Positions 40,324-51,390 of a stretch of DNA of 64,000 nt are shown here, piece after piece. This DNA is from Phycisphaerae bacterium (lineage in GTDB: Bacteria > Planctomycetota > Phycisphaerae > SM23-33). The translations under genes were made by a program, and so were the position numbers. The notes beneath the pieces are model-generated. The model searched no databases. It worked only from the letters and a program-made list of their open reading frames with translations, and was not told the origin of the DNA. The stretch lies in the NCBI GenBank assembly GCA_039683615.1, contig JBDKRA010000017.1, forward strand, positions 266,235-330,234, given 5' to 3'. Numbering within the stretch: the first letter of the stretch is position 1; every line of letters begins with the position of its first letter.

Positions 40324-40334
40324 ATCATGTCTTA

Positions 40335-40363
40335 ATCGTAAACGGGCGTGCGCGCGAAGTCAA
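40335..40363 (-). promoter_or_regulatory. Sigma70 promoter of tRNA-fMet
   Basis: TTGACT-N17-TACGAT on the minus strand, 11 nt before the tRNA. Confidence 0.75.
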
Positions 40364-40388
40364 CGGCCTCGAAATATTTGTGGGGGAA

Positions 40389-40556
40389 GCTGTCGGCTCT
40401 CAGCTTTCAGCTTTCAGCAAGAACGGGCGGGGATGACGGCGGCCCCGGTAACTGATGGATGCCAGCTCTCTCGCTCTCAGCCTTCAGTTATCAGCAAGAA
40501 CGGGAGGGATTGGCTGCGGCCGCTGTTACTGATGGCTGAGAGCTGATAGCTGAAAG
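40389..40556. repeat. Tandemly duplicated heptamer-array element (GCTTTCA-like / GCTGATA-like)
   Basis: Two ~75 bp units, each with gctctcagc..tcag...tcagcaagaacggg...actgatgg, closed by the inverted arm gctgagagctgatagctgaaag. Confidence 0.8.
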
Positions 40557-40565
40557 TTTGGGGCT

Positions 40566-41669
<1,104 letters not shown>

Positions 41670-41706
41670 GCGTTTATTATGGGCGGCGCTCGGGGAAAAA
41701 ACTAGT

Positions 41707-41832
41707 CCACGAATGTCACCAATGCCACGAATGGGGACGGGGAGAGCGGGATTATTGGATTGAAGGGGATTAAGAGGATTAAGAAGCGTCTGCTCTTTGT
41801 TTCTACATTCGTGCAATTCGTGACATTCGTGG
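41707..41832. repeat. Inverted nonamer arrays (CACGAATNN)x3
   Basis: ccacgaatgtcaccaatgccacgaat ... attcgtgcaattcgtgacattcgtgg; internal ggattgaaggggattaagaggatt array. Confidence 0.85.
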
Positions 41833-41880
41833 ACGTAACACGTTTCTTCCCCTGCTACGATTGACCAAAAGGAGCCAGCC

Positions 41881-42906
41881 ATGAAAGCGGCAGTGCTGGA
41901 GCGATTTGGCGAGGTCGATGCGATCGCGGTGCGCGAGATCGAGCGGCCGCGGCCGGGGCCCGGCGAGGCGCTGCTGGAGGTGCGGGCGGCGGCGCTGAAC
42001 CATCTGGACATCTGGGTGCGCCGCGGCGCCCGCAAGGACGTGCCGCTGCCGTGGGTGTTGGGCAGCGACGCCGCCGGCGTGGTGGCCGAGCTCGGCCCGG
42101 GCGCACGCGGACTTGAGATCGGGCAGGAGGTCGTCATGCACGCGGGGCTGGACCGCCTGGTGGCCGACGCCCCGCTGTCGCACGGGCGGCGGATGACCGA
42201 GGCCCTCATCGGCGTCGCGCGGCGAGGGGCGTTCGCCCAGTACGTCGCCGTGCCGGACTACTGCCTGCACCCCAAGCCGGCGCATTTGGATTTCGCGGCG
42301 GCCGCGGCGATCTGTGTCGACCATCTCACCGCCTGGCGGATGGTCTTCTCGCGGGCGCACCTGATCGCCGGCGAGAGCGTGCTGATACACGGCATCGGCG
42401 GCGGCGTGGCGCTGGCGGCGCTGCAGTTGGTCACGGCCGCCGGCGGGCTGGCGATCGTCACCTCCAGCAGCGACGAGAAGCTCGCCCGCGCGAGGGAGAT
42501 GAGTGCCGCGGTGGGCATCAACTATCGCACGGCCGCCGACGTGGCCGACGCGGTGTTGGCCGCTACGGACGGGCGCGGCGTGGACGTGGTGATCGATTCG
42601 GTCGGAGCGGCCACGTGGCCGATCAACTTCAAGGCCGCCCGCCGCGGCGGACGCATCGTGCACTGCGGCGTCACCGGCGGGGCGGAGGCGACGGCCGACG
42701 TCTCGGCGTTGTACTGGAAACAGCTCTCGGTGCTCGGCGCCACGCTTGGCAGCCAGGAAGAGTTCGACGAACTGCTGCGCATGATGTCGATCCGCAAGAT
42801 GGCTCCGGTGATCGATTCAACGTGGCCGCTTGAGCAGATCCACCAGGCCACCGAGCGTATGGAGGCTGGCCAGCAGTTCGGCAAGATCGTCCTGACGGTC
42901 TCGTAA
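41881..42906 (+). CDS. MDR-family NAD(P)H quinone oxidoreductase/alcohol dehydrogenase
   Basis: ALNHLD, LGSDAAGVV, VLIHGIGGGVA, QFGKIVL. Confidence 0.88.
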   Translation: MKAAVLERFGEVDAIAVREIERPRPGPGEALLEVRAAALNHLDIWVRRGARKDVPLPWVLGSDAAGVVAELGPGARGLEIGQEVVMHAGLDRLVADAPLSHGRRMTEALIGVARRGAFAQYVAVPDYCLHPKPAHLDFAAAAAICVDHLTAWRMVFSRAHLIAGESVLIHGIGGGVALAALQLVTAAGGLAIVTSSSDEKLARAREMSAAVGINYRTAADVADAVLAATDGRGVDVVIDSVGAATWPINFKAARRGGRIVHCGVTGGAEATADVSALYWKQLSVLGATLGSQEEFDELLRMMSIRKMAPVIDSTWPLEQIHQATERMEAGQQFGKIVLTVS

Positions 42907-43027
42907 GGATTCACCGCAGAGATCGCAAAGGCCGCAGAGAAGAATGGCATGGTGGATGATTTGATGGATGGAACCGATTAGCGGCGGGGCTTGCCCCGCG
43001 CGGTTTTGCAGTGAGCGGATCGGAACA

Positions 43028-43056
43028 TTGACTTTGACCGCAATCGGTGCAAGAAT
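43028..43056 (+). promoter_or_regulatory. Sigma70-like promoter of tRNA-Arg
   Basis: TTGACT-N17-AAGAAT. Confidence 0.55.
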
Positions 43057-43073
43057 GGTTTATCCGGTTCTTC

Positions 43074-43113
43074 AATTGGCAATTGCCAATTGGAAATTGG
43101 AAATTGGAAATTG
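43074..43113. repeat. Heptamer tandem array (AATTGGA-like) in the tRNA leader
   Basis: aattggc-aattgcc-aattgga-aattgga-aattgga-aattg. Confidence 0.8.
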
Positions 43114-43118
43114 AAGTC

Positions 43119-43192
43119 GCGCCCGTAGCTCAGCTGGATAGAGCGTCTGCCTCCGGAGCAGAAGGCCAGAGGTTCGAATCCTCTCGGGCGTA
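43119..43192 (+). tRNA. tRNA-Arg (CCG)
   Basis: GCGCCCG acceptor, TAGCTCAGCTGGATAGAGC D arm, TCTGC-CTCCGGA-GCAGA anticodon arm, GGTTCGAATCC T arm. Confidence 0.95.
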
Positions 43193-43200
43193 GTTGCCAC

Positions 43201-44625
43201 ATGAAGATCCTTTTCCTCGCTGCCAAGCTTCACACCATTGAACCTTTCGGGGTGATGAGCTTGACGCCGGTACTTAAGCGGGAAGGGCACATCGTTGCGC
43301 TGATGGAAGCTGAAGATTCAGGCCTGCTCAAGCAGGTGCGGCAATTCGCGCCCGATGTCGTCGGCTACAGCGTTTGCACTGGTTCGCAAGGGTACTACCT
43401 GCGGCTCAATCGCTGGCTCAAGAATCATTTGGCGTTTGTGTCGGTTTTCGGCGGCCCGCACCCGACATTCTTTCCCGAACTGATCGGCGAGGATGGCGTC
43501 GATGCCATCTGCCGCGGCGAGGGCGACGAGGCCATGGCGGAGTTCTGCCGCACGCTGCAGGCGGCCGGGCGCCCGCGGGCGGTGGCCAACTTCTCAGTCA
43601 AGATCGACGGACGGGTCGAGTCGCTGCCGCCGCGGCCTCTGGCGGGCGATCTGGACGAGCTGGATTTTCCTGACCGAGAGCTCTACTACAGCGTTTCAAA
43701 CGAGATCGCGCATCATCGCGTGCGGTCGTTCCTGGCGGCGCGCGGCTGTCCGTTCGCGTGCACGTATTGCTTCAATGCGGCGATGGACGGCCTGTACGAG
43801 GGGCGCTGGCGGCACGTGCGCCTTCGCAGTCCGCAGAACCTGGTAGACGAGATCGCCTCCGTCGTCGGCCGATACCCGACGGACTTCATCGCGTTTCGCG
43901 AGAGCATTTTTCCGCTGCAGATCGAATGGCTGGAGGACTTCGTGCGGCGGTACACGTCGCGCGTCGGCCTGCCGTTTTACTGCCACCTGCGGTTGGACCT
44001 GCTCGACGAGCGCAGCGTTTCTTTGCTGGCGGCGGCGGGTTGCCACAGCGTCAACGTGGGGATCGAGACGGGCAATGAGGATCTGCGCCGCAGGCTGCTG
44101 GGCCGCGGTGCGTCCAACGAGCGGCTCATTGACGCCTGCCGGCTGCTGCGGCGGCACAAGATCCGGATCCTTGCCAACAACATGCTGGGCCTGCCCGGTG
44201 GGACGTTCGAGCACGACCTGGAGACGCTACGGCTGAATCAGCGATGCAAGGTGGACTACGCGCTGGCGATGCTCTGGCAGCCGTACCCGGGCACCGAACT
44301 GGCGCGGTACGCCCGCGAAAATGGCTACTATGACGGCCGCGGCGACGACCTGGACTTCACGTACTACGGCCGTTCGCATCTGCGATTTGAAAGGCCTGGC
44401 GACAAGCGTCGCATCGAGAATCTGCAGAAGCTTTTCGCGGTGGGGGTGGCGATGCCCTGGAGCATGCCGCTGATCAAGCTGCTGGCGCGGTTGCGTCACA
44501 ACCGCGTGTTCAATACGATATTCCGAAGCGTGTACGTTGTGTTTCATCAGAGCACGATATTCCCTCACCGCATGACGATGAAGGACTGGCTGGCGAACAT
44601 CAGGCACATGGGCTTGGAGTCATGA
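43201..44625 (+). CDS. B12-binding radical SAM protein
   Basis: GGPHPT B12 domain; [10 protein letters not shown]; GIETG; PYPGT. Confidence 0.9.
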   Translation: MKILFLAAKLHTIEPFGVMSLTPVLKREGHIVALMEAEDSGLLKQVRQFAPDVVGYSVCTGSQGYYLRLNRWLKNHLAFVSVFGGPHPTFFPELIGEDGVDAICRGEGDEAMAEFCRTLQAAGRPRAVANFSVKIDGRVESLPPRPLAGDLDELDFPDRELYYSVSNEIAHHRVRSFLAARGCPFACTYCFNAAMDGLYEGRWRHVRLRSPQNLVDEIASVVGRYPTDFIAFRESIFPLQIEWLEDFVRRYTSRVGLPFYCHLRLDLLDERSVSLLAAAGCHSVNVGIETGNEDLRRRLLGRGASNERLIDACRLLRRHKIRILANNMLGLPGGTFEHDLETLRLNQRCKVDYALAMLWQPYPGTELARYARENGYYDGRGDDLDFTYYGRSHLRFERPGDKRRIENLQKLFAVGVAMPWSMPLIKLLARLRHNRVFNTIFRSVYVVFHQSTIFPHRMTMKDWLANIRHMGLES

Positions 44626-44626
44626 C

Positions 44627-44827
44627 ATGAAAGCGTTCAAGTGCATCATCGCGGTGATCCTGGGGATCTTTGTGGGCGTCTGGTCGGCCTGCACGTCGCA
44701 TAAGCGTTCGCCCTCCGCGTCGCCGACGGGCGCTGCGACTCAATCGGCCACCAGCGCCGCCGACACACAGCCGACGCAGCCGGGCCAGGAAGAAAATCTG
44801 CCCATCCGCAGACCGATGTACGAATAG
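44627..44827 (+). CDS. Small lipoprotein-like peptide
   Basis: Hydrophobic N-terminus with WSAC; Ser/Thr/Pro-rich; RBS ggag. Confidence 0.5.
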   Translation: MKAFKCIIAVILGIFVGVWSACTSHKRSPSASPTGAATQSATSAADTQPTQPGQEENLPIRRPMYE

Positions 44828-44893
44828 CGTCGCTCAGTATTCGTGGCTGTCCGTCCCCGCGGGACTCCCTGCCACGGCACCCGTTGCGGACGA

Positions 44894-46723
44894 TCAGACT
44901 TCTTTTTCGATCTCGTCTGCTGTTTCATGCCAGGCTGGCAAGGCGGGATGGAACTTGGGGGTGTGGGTGGCGGGGGTCATTTTTGTCAGGGGCGCGGGGG
45001 TCAGGCGGTGGCAGACGATCGGGCCTTTGCGCAGGCGGCGGGTCCAGGACAGCATTCTTGGGATCGTCCGCAGCAGACCCCAGAAGCCGGTCAACTGGAT
45101 GCCGACGTCGCCAAGGAACTCGCTGCTTCGCGGCCGGACGATCGCCCGCAGCAGTTGCAGGGGGCTGTAGATGTAGCACAGCGTCGCCAGAACGCGAAGC
45201 TGCATCTTCCACGCGTCGGGGCCGGGGTTGGCCACCACGTAGTTGGCGTCGAGCATGTACGACTCGACCGGCCGCCCGCCAGCCGAGGCAATCATCTGGC
45301 CGGATTCGTACGCGGCCTCATACGTGCGCGATCCGACGGCGGGGGTCATCGTCAGCACCTGCACGTCGACAGCGCCGGCTTTGCGCAGCATGCGGACCTG
45401 GTTGAGCAGGCCGTACGAACTGCCGCGGCTCCAGAGCGGCTGGCCCTGGTGGTGCATGAGCATGGGCACGGCCATGATGTCGTTGCGGCGCAGCAGGTCG
45501 AAGGCGTCGTTAATCTTCGAGACGCTCTGGCCTTTCTTGACGAACGTGGCGGTGATGTCCTCGACGCCCATCCACAGGATCAGCGCCCCGGCCTTGCGGA
45601 GCGTGGGCAGGTGGTCTTTCATTGCCAGCGTGTCGTGCACGGTGGCCTCGGTGCCCCAGCCGATGCGCTTGTGGAACGGCTGGCCGTCGATGGTCGTCGC
45701 GGCGAGCTTCTCGATGATCTCGACCGTGCGCTTGGGATTGTTGAAGAAGTTGTCGTCGGTGCCGAAGAAGTACCGGATGCCAAACTCGCGATTGAGGTTC
45801 ACCATCTCGTCGGCGATGCGCTGGGGGCTCTTGAGGCGGTGCTGACGCTGGTTGTACGCGGGGATCGGGCAGTACGGGCAGGTGAACTTGCAGCCGCTGG
45901 TGAACACCAGAGCGCCCAGGGGCGAATACCGGCTCACCTTGCGCGCCTCCAGCGGCGAGGGCGCCAGGTCGTGGCGGCGCGAGGGCGCCTCGAGCAGACG
46001 GAACCCGGCGGCCGGGTCGGGCAGCTCGTCCAGGTCATCGACGAGGCGCTGTACGCCGGTGTCGATGAGTTCCTCGACCACCGGCGTGTCCGACGCTGCG
46101 TAGGTCAGCCCGGGAACGTTGGCCAGCCATCCGGCGCCGCGTGCGGCCCGTAGCGCCGAGCGCAGCGACTGCCCGGGCGTGCGCCACTGCAGCAGCGTCT
46201 CGATCAGGTTCAGCAGCACGTACTCTTCGCCGCGGACGGCGATGTCGACGCCCCAGGGCGCGTCGGCGTCGCTGCCGAAAACGCTCCAGGGCTCGTAGAT
46301 CACGCGCGGGCCGCCGGCGATGATCAGGGGGCGCACAGCCGCGTCCATCCGGCTGGCGTCCTCGATGAGTTCCTGGCACGCCGCGCGGTGAATCTGCATG
46401 CTCGAGATCAGCAGCATGTCGGGCGCGCGGCCGTCGATGCGGATGCGGCTGGGCGTAATGTTGGGGTTCCACTGCTGCAGGACGACGCGCGTCTTGACGA
46501 CGCCGCTGTCGTGCAGCGCCGCGCCGATGGCGCGAGGCCCGGCCGGCGCCATGCGCTTCGAGGAGTAGTGGAAGGGCAAGATGCGCGTGCGCGGGTCGAA
46601 TGCGGCGATGACGACGGCTGTCAGGTCATGTCGCGGCGTGATGCGGCGCAGGCGGCGGCGGATATCGAGGCACTCGCCGGCAGGCAGCAGGCGGTCGCCT
46701 TCGTTGCGGACGGGAAGCTCCAT
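44894..46723 (-). CDS. B12-binding radical SAM protein
   Basis: IIAGGP, VRGEE, GCKFTCPYC, TDDNF. Confidence 0.88.
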   Translation of the reverse strand: MELPVRNEGDRLLPAGECLDIRRRLRRITPRHDLTAVVIAAFDPRTRILPFHYSSKRMAPAGPRAIGAALHDSGVVKTRVVLQQWNPNITPSRIRIDGRAPDMLLISSMQIHRAACQELIEDASRMDAAVRPLIIAGGPRVIYEPWSVFGSDADAPWGVDIAVRGEEYVLLNLIETLLQWRTPGQSLRSALRAARGAGWLANVPGLTYAASDTPVVEELIDTGVQRLVDDLDELPDPAAGFRLLEAPSRRHDLAPSPLEARKVSRYSPLGALVFTSGCKFTCPYCPIPAYNQRQHRLKSPQRIADEMVNLNREFGIRYFFGTDDNFFNNPKRTVEIIEKLAATTIDGQPFHKRIGWGTEATVHDTLAMKDHLPTLRKAGALILWMGVEDITATFVKKGQSVSKINDAFDLLRRNDIMAVPMLMHHQGQPLWSRGSSYGLLNQVRMLRKAGAVDVQVLTMTPAVGSRTYEAAYESGQMIASAGGRPVESYMLDANYVVANPGPDAWKMQLRVLATLCYIYSPLQLLRAIVRPRSSEFLGDVGIQLTGFWGLLRTIPRMLSWTRRLRKGPIVCHRLTPAPLTKMTPATHTPKFHPALPAWHETADEIEKEV

Positions 46724-46871
46724 GCGGGACGCTCCAAGGGTATACGGGTTAGCCCGCGAGAGGTTTCCTGTCTCAGGCGAGAGTTAGTGGTGGGAACAAC
46801 ACGGAACCGAATGGAGCTATTGTAACAACATTGCCTGCCGCGGCGCGGATAATATTGGATTTTGCCGGGGC

Positions 46872-46925
46872 ATTGCGGATTGTGGATTCGGATTGCGGAT
46901 TGCGTTCGCTGACCTGATCCGCAAT
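46872..46925. repeat. Heptamer array (ATTGCGG-like) with a short inverted arm
   Basis: attgcggattgtggattcggattgcggattgcg ... atccgcaat. Confidence 0.7.
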
Positions 46926-46930
46926 CTGTC

Positions 46931-47401
46931 CTATCTGCCATGCCCTGTTGGCAATGGGCCAGAGATGTACCGCGTCCCATCAGGACCGGTGGCGCTGAGT
47001 TGGAGGATGACTTCTTCATTGCCGGTGCGGGCGAAGTGGGGCATGTTGGCTGGCTCGGTGAAGAAACTGCCCGGCGGCAGGGCGCGCAGCCTGCTCTCGT
47101 CCCAGGCGTTGCCATAGGCAAAGTACATCGTGCCCGACAGCACCGTCACGATGCGCGCGGAGTTGGGATGGCTGTGCGGCTCGAGGCGATGGTTGGGCGG
47201 CAGCTTGATGCGCTGCACATACGGCGCCGGTTTGGCCGGGTCGCCTAGCAATGTGGCTGTCTGCAGCGAGTGAAGGGCCGGGCTGCTCTTCCACTGCAGA
47301 TCGCCCGGAAGCAACTGCACCGACTTTGTCACATCCTGCTGCGCGCAGCCGCTCAGCAGTGCGGCGGTCATGAGTAAGGCGATCGTCAAACGTGTCTTCA
47401 T
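46931..47401 (-). CDS. Cupin-domain lipoprotein
   Basis: Lipobox LSGC; PHSHP...TVLSG...PANMPHFA. Confidence 0.8.
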   Translation of the reverse strand: MKTRLTIALLMTAALLSGCAQQDVTKSVQLLPGDLQWKSSPALHSLQTATLLGDPAKPAPYVQRIKLPPNHRLEPHSHPNSARIVTVLSGTMYFAYGNAWDESRLRALPPGSFFTEPANMPHFARTGNEEVILQLSATGPDGTRYISGPLPTGHGR

Positions 47402-47590
47402 CGGCCTGTTCCTTTTCTGGGTTTAGGGATTGGGACGTTCACCACTTTCGCCGCTTCACCATGCGGATCCTCAATCATCGCCGTTGCCGGATGGAACGGC
47501 CGGCTCAATTCGCGGCGGTGAAAGCGGTGAGCGTCCCTTCATTATCGGCGGGAGCTTGCGTTGGTGCAATGGACGGGCCATCATGTCGGG

Positions 47591-49051
47591 ATGCGAATCC
47601 TCTATCTCGACATCGACACGTTGCGGCCGGACCATCTGGGCTGCTACGGGTATCTGCGGAACACCTCGCCGAACATCGACCGCCTCGCCGCACAGGGCGT
47701 CCGGTATGACCACTGCTACGTCAGCGACGCGCCGTGTCTGCCCAGCCGGGCGGCCATGTTCACCGGGCAGTTCGGCATCCACAACGGCGTGGTGAATCAC
47801 GGCGGTCTGGCGGCCGATCCTTTCCCGATCGGGCGCGACCGCAATTTCAACACGCAGGGCCAGCATCCCGGGCTGATCTCGGCGCTGCGGCGGACGGGGC
47901 TGTACCCGGTGAGCTTCAGCCCCTTCGCCGAGCGGCACAGCGCGTGGTGGTTCTACGAGGGCTGGCGCGAGATGGTCAACAGCGGCAAGTGCGGGGGCGA
48001 GTCGGCTGACGAGATCGTGCCCGCGGCGATGCGCTGGTTGGGCGAGAACGCCCGCCGCGACGACTGGATGGTACACATCAACATCTGGGACCCGCACACG
48101 CCGTACCGCAGCCCGGAGGATTTCGGCAACCCCTTCGCCGGCGAGCCCATTGAGGGCTGGTACACCGAGGACCTTCGCCGGCGGCAGTGGGAGAGTTTCG
48201 GTCCGGGCGGCCTGCAGGACCCCGGCGGGGGGTGGGGGCTGTTCGATTACTCGCGCTACGCCCGCATGTGCAATCAGATCGCGTCGATGGACGACTACCG
48301 CCGATGGATCAACGGCTACGACTGCGGTATCGCCTACGCCGACGCCTGGTGCGGACGGGTGCTGAACCTGCTGGCCGATCAGGGCGTGCTCGACGAGACG
48401 GTCGTCGTGATCACCTCCGACCACGGCGAGGCGTTCGGCGAACTGGGCGTCATCGGCGACCACGCCACGGCCGACATGGCCACCTCGCGCGTGCCGATGA
48501 TCGTCCGCTGGCCGGGCCTGCCGGGCGGGCGTGTCGACGCCGGGCTGTACAACCAATGCGACATCGGCGCCACGCTGGTCGAGCTGGCCGGGGGACAGGC
48601 GCCGGCGCACTGGGACGGACGCAGCTTCGCCGACGAGTTCAAGAGCGGCCGCCGCGGCGGGCGCGATGTCGTCGTCATGAGCCAGTGCTGCTGGAGCTGC
48701 CAGCGGTCCGTGCGATGGGACGACTGGCTCTACATCCGCACGTATCACACCGGCCTCAAGAACATTCCCGAACGCATGCTGTTCAACGTGGCCGCCGACC
48801 CGCACGAACTGCACGACCTGGCCCCCGCGCGGGTGGACCTGGCCGTGCGCGGCCAATCCCTGCTCGACCAGTGGCACGATCAAATGATGAGCACCTCGCC
48901 CGGCCAAGTTGATCCGCTGCAGACGGTGCTGGCCGAAGGCGGCCCGTACCACACGCGGCCGTACCTGGAGCGGTACTGCCAGCGCCTGCGCGAGACGGGG
49001 CGCGCCCGCCACGCCGAGTTTCTGCAGCGCCATCCGACAGGGTTGATCTGA
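47591..49051 (+). CDS. Formylglycine-dependent sulfatase (no signal peptide)
   Basis: DIDTLRPDHL, CLPSRAAMFTG, DPHTPY, SDHG. Confidence 0.92.
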   Translation: MRILYLDIDTLRPDHLGCYGYLRNTSPNIDRLAAQGVRYDHCYVSDAPCLPSRAAMFTGQFGIHNGVVNHGGLAADPFPIGRDRNFNTQGQHPGLISALRRTGLYPVSFSPFAERHSAWWFYEGWREMVNSGKCGGESADEIVPAAMRWLGENARRDDWMVHINIWDPHTPYRSPEDFGNPFAGEPIEGWYTEDLRRRQWESFGPGGLQDPGGGWGLFDYSRYARMCNQIASMDDYRRWINGYDCGIAYADAWCGRVLNLLADQGVLDETVVVITSDHGEAFGELGVIGDHATADMATSRVPMIVRWPGLPGGRVDAGLYNQCDIGATLVELAGGQAPAHWDGRSFADEFKSGRRGGRDVVVMSQCCWSCQRSVRWDDWLYIRTYHTGLKNIPERMLFNVAADPHELHDLAPARVDLAVRGQSLLDQWHDQMMSTSPGQVDPLQTVLAEGGPYHTRPYLERYCQRLRETGRARHAEFLQRHPTGLI

Positions 49052-49287
49052 TCCGGGTTTTTGTAGCGCAGGCAATTGTTGCACGGTCATCCCGCAATTG
49101 TTCAACCGTTGTTCTTTCTTGTCTGTTTTCAGGCACTGTGCGATGAAGCGAGTAGCTGTAATTGTCTGATAGGAAAGCAGTTACAATATTGTTTCGTGTT
49201 CGGTTCCCTCGCAGGTGGACAAACCTGTCGAGAACCATCGCCAGAACCCGGCTGGCCCATTCATGGGCCATGATTCACCGCCGGTGA

Positions 49288-50514
49288 TCAATCCGGTATG
49301 GGTGCTGGTGCGGTGTTGGGGAGATCCGCGGCGCCGGCGGCTGCGGGCACGCGGATCAGGGTGGCGCAGATAAACATGATCACGGCGATTCCGGCCGCGG
49401 CGAAAAACACGACCTGGTAGGAGGAGGCGATCCACGCCAATCCGGCGGCCGCTGGGAGGGTCATTGAGGCGATATGGTCGATGGACGTGCCAGCCGCCAG
49501 GGTGGGCGAGACGTCCTCATCTTTCAGCGCGATCTTTCGCAGATAGGTGGTGCGGGCCATGTTCACGCCGAAGAGCAGCATGTCGCCGACGTAGCAGGCG
49601 CAGACGACCCACAGGGCCAGCGTGCGGTTGTGCAGCGAATCCGAAAACGCGTAGCCCATGCACACGCCCAGGATGCACACGGCGTCGACCATCAGCACCG
49701 TCCGCTCGCCGAAGCGGTCGATGGCCCTTCCCAGCAGCGGCTGGAAGAAGATCCCGATGACGGCCCCTATGACGAGCATCTCGGCGAAGATCGTCGGCGG
49801 CTGTTTGAAGACCTCGATGATGACCCACGGGCCGAAGGTGATGAAGATCTGCTTGCGAGCCCCGAAAAGAAACGCCAGCACGTAGTACAGGCTGTACTTC
49901 CGGTTGAAGGCGAAGCGCGGACGCTTGAGATGCGCCTCGGGCATGTTCATGAAGTGGAAGACGACCGCCGCGGCGAGGGCGACCACGCCGCCGCCGATGA
50001 AGACCTGGGCATAGCTCCAGTGCAGGTACTTCATGCCGGTCCAGATCGCCGCTGCGCCGACGATGCCGGCCGCCAGCGAGACCGCCCGCAACTGCCCCAG
50101 GCGCCGCCCGTGGCGGCCTTGCGTGCCCAAGGCGATGGCCAGCGAGGAGCTGACGGGCATCATCAGGTGCGTGCCGGCGCTCCAGAGGATCATGAAGACC
50201 ATCATGCCCCACCAGGCGCCGCCGCCCAGGCCCAGGCCGATCAGCCCCGCGCCGATGATCAGCGAGCTGACCGAGGCGATGCGCGTCTCAGGAAGGAAGA
50301 ACAGCAGCCCGGCCAGCAGGGCCGTCAGGAACCCCGGCAACTCGCGCGGAAACTCCAGCGCCCCGCGGGCGTCGGCGGCAATGTTGAACGTGTCCTTGAG
50401 ATAGTTGGGAAAGACGATGTCGAAGACGCCGCCGCCGGCGGCCAGCAGACCCGCGCCGATTACGAACAAGACCAACTGGCGATTCGCACGCAACCGTTCT
50501 ATCACGCCGTTCAC
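49288..50514 (-). CDS. MFS transporter
   Basis: About 12 TM helices; GRAIDRFGER; GTG start with RBS ggagg. Confidence 0.82.
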   Translation of the reverse strand: MNGVIERLRANRQLVLFVIGAGLLAAGGGVFDIVFPNYLKDTFNIAADARGALEFPRELPGFLTALLAGLLFFLPETRIASVSSLIIGAGLIGLGLGGGAWWGMMVFMILWSAGTHLMMPVSSSLAIALGTQGRHGRRLGQLRAVSLAAGIVGAAAIWTGMKYLHWSYAQVFIGGGVVALAAAVVFHFMNMPEAHLKRPRFAFNRKYSLYYVLAFLFGARKQIFITFGPWVIIEVFKQPPTIFAEMLVIGAVIGIFFQPLLGRAIDRFGERTVLMVDAVCILGVCMGYAFSDSLHNRTLALWVVCACYVGDMLLFGVNMARTTYLRKIALKDEDVSPTLAAGTSIDHIASMTLPAAAGLAWIASSYQVVFFAAAGIAVIMFICATLIRVPAAAGAADLPNTAPAPIPD

Positions 50515-50659
50515 GTCGCCCTCCGGGGAAAACAAAAATCTACCACAAGGGCGGGCGCAGCGCAGAGAAAAAACAACTGGCGGCAGGCGAAACAACCCTG
50601 CCATTGGCGCGGGTGCCACGTCCCCAGGGGACGTGTCCCTGACCGCTGAAGATCCAGGG

Positions 50660-50684
50660 AGCATGGGCGAGACGCCCATGCTAC
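50660..50684 (-). repeat. REP (family A)
   Basis: agcatgggcgagacgcccatgctac. Confidence 0.8.
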
Positions 50685-50690
50685 GGTCGC

Positions 50691-51299
50691 TTATTGCCTG
50701 GCCGGTTGCGTGAGTGCTGGTGGGGCGGGGGCGACGGCCGCGGGCTTGTAGTTCTTGAACGCATCGGCATGCACCCAGTAGGCCATCCCGGCCGTGACCG
50801 CCCAGATGCCCGATGCTGCCAGCACGACCAGGGCGGCAAAGACGCGAACGGCAACCGACTGCCGCACGCACACCACGAACCCCAGCAGCAGCCCGCCGGC
50901 GCCGGTGAGAATGAACCCGATGCCCGACAGCAGCGGCACGGCCGTGAGGTTCAGGTGGATGATCCGCGCTCCGACCAGGATCGCCGCCAGGCCGGCGATG
51001 AAGGCGTAGATCGACAGCGGTCTGAGCGTCCAGCCCAGACCCAGCGCCAGAGCGGCCGCAAGATACACAGCTCCCAAGAGCACGGACATCTCGCCGAAGA
51101 AGCTGTTGTACGGGCCGATGACCGGCCAGGTGAATACCATGTGCAGTCCGCACAACGTCGCGACCAGCCCCGTCGCGGCGAAGGGCGCTGCCCACGGCCG
51201 CAGGTCGTCCTTGCCCAACCCGCGTGCATAAAACCACGCCAGCACCAGCAACCCCGCTGCCATATTGGTCAGCAACAGCGTGATGTAGTCGATGAACAT
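50691..51299 (-). CDS. DUF981-like membrane protein
   Basis: MFIDYITLLL start, TWP..GPYNSFFGE; six TM helices; RBS aaggag. Confidence 0.75.
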   Translation of the reverse strand: MFIDYITLLLTNMAAGLLVLAWFYARGLGKDDLRPWAAPFAATGLVATLCGLHMVFTWPVIGPYNSFFGEMSVLLGAVYLAAALALGLGWTLRPLSIYAFIAGLAAILVGARIIHLNLTAVPLLSGIGFILTGAGGLLLGFVVCVRQSVAVRVFAALVVLAASGIWAVTAGMAYWVHADAFKNYKPAAVAPAPPALTQPARQ

Positions 51300-51327
51300 C
51301 GCTGATCTCCTTATTGACTCATTCTAG

Positions 51328-51390
51328 CGTAGCACAGGCTTTCCAGCCTGTGACTCACGGGCAATCCACAGCCTGGAAAGGCTGTGCCAC
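51328..51390. repeat. REP doublet (family C)
   Basis: gtagcacaggctttccagcctgtg ... cacagcctggaaaggctgtgccac. Confidence 0.8.

Noticed and set aside
41670-42209. N-terminal extension of the ispG ORF in the track
   Set aside because: It crosses a repeat element and overlaps the divergent oxidoreductase; IspG homology starts near 41669
46724-46930. Possible cobalamin riboswitch upstream of the B12 radical SAM gene
   Set aside because: No B12-box or conserved core visible; the region is explained by a heptamer array
49168-49194. GTAA-N19-TTAC imperfect palindrome resembling a Xer-type site
   Set aside because: Single copy with a weak match; not enough support
50515-51237. N-terminal extension of the 649 aa MFS ORF
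   Set aside because: It overlaps the DUF981-like gene in another frame and a REP; a GTG with RBS at 50514 is a better start
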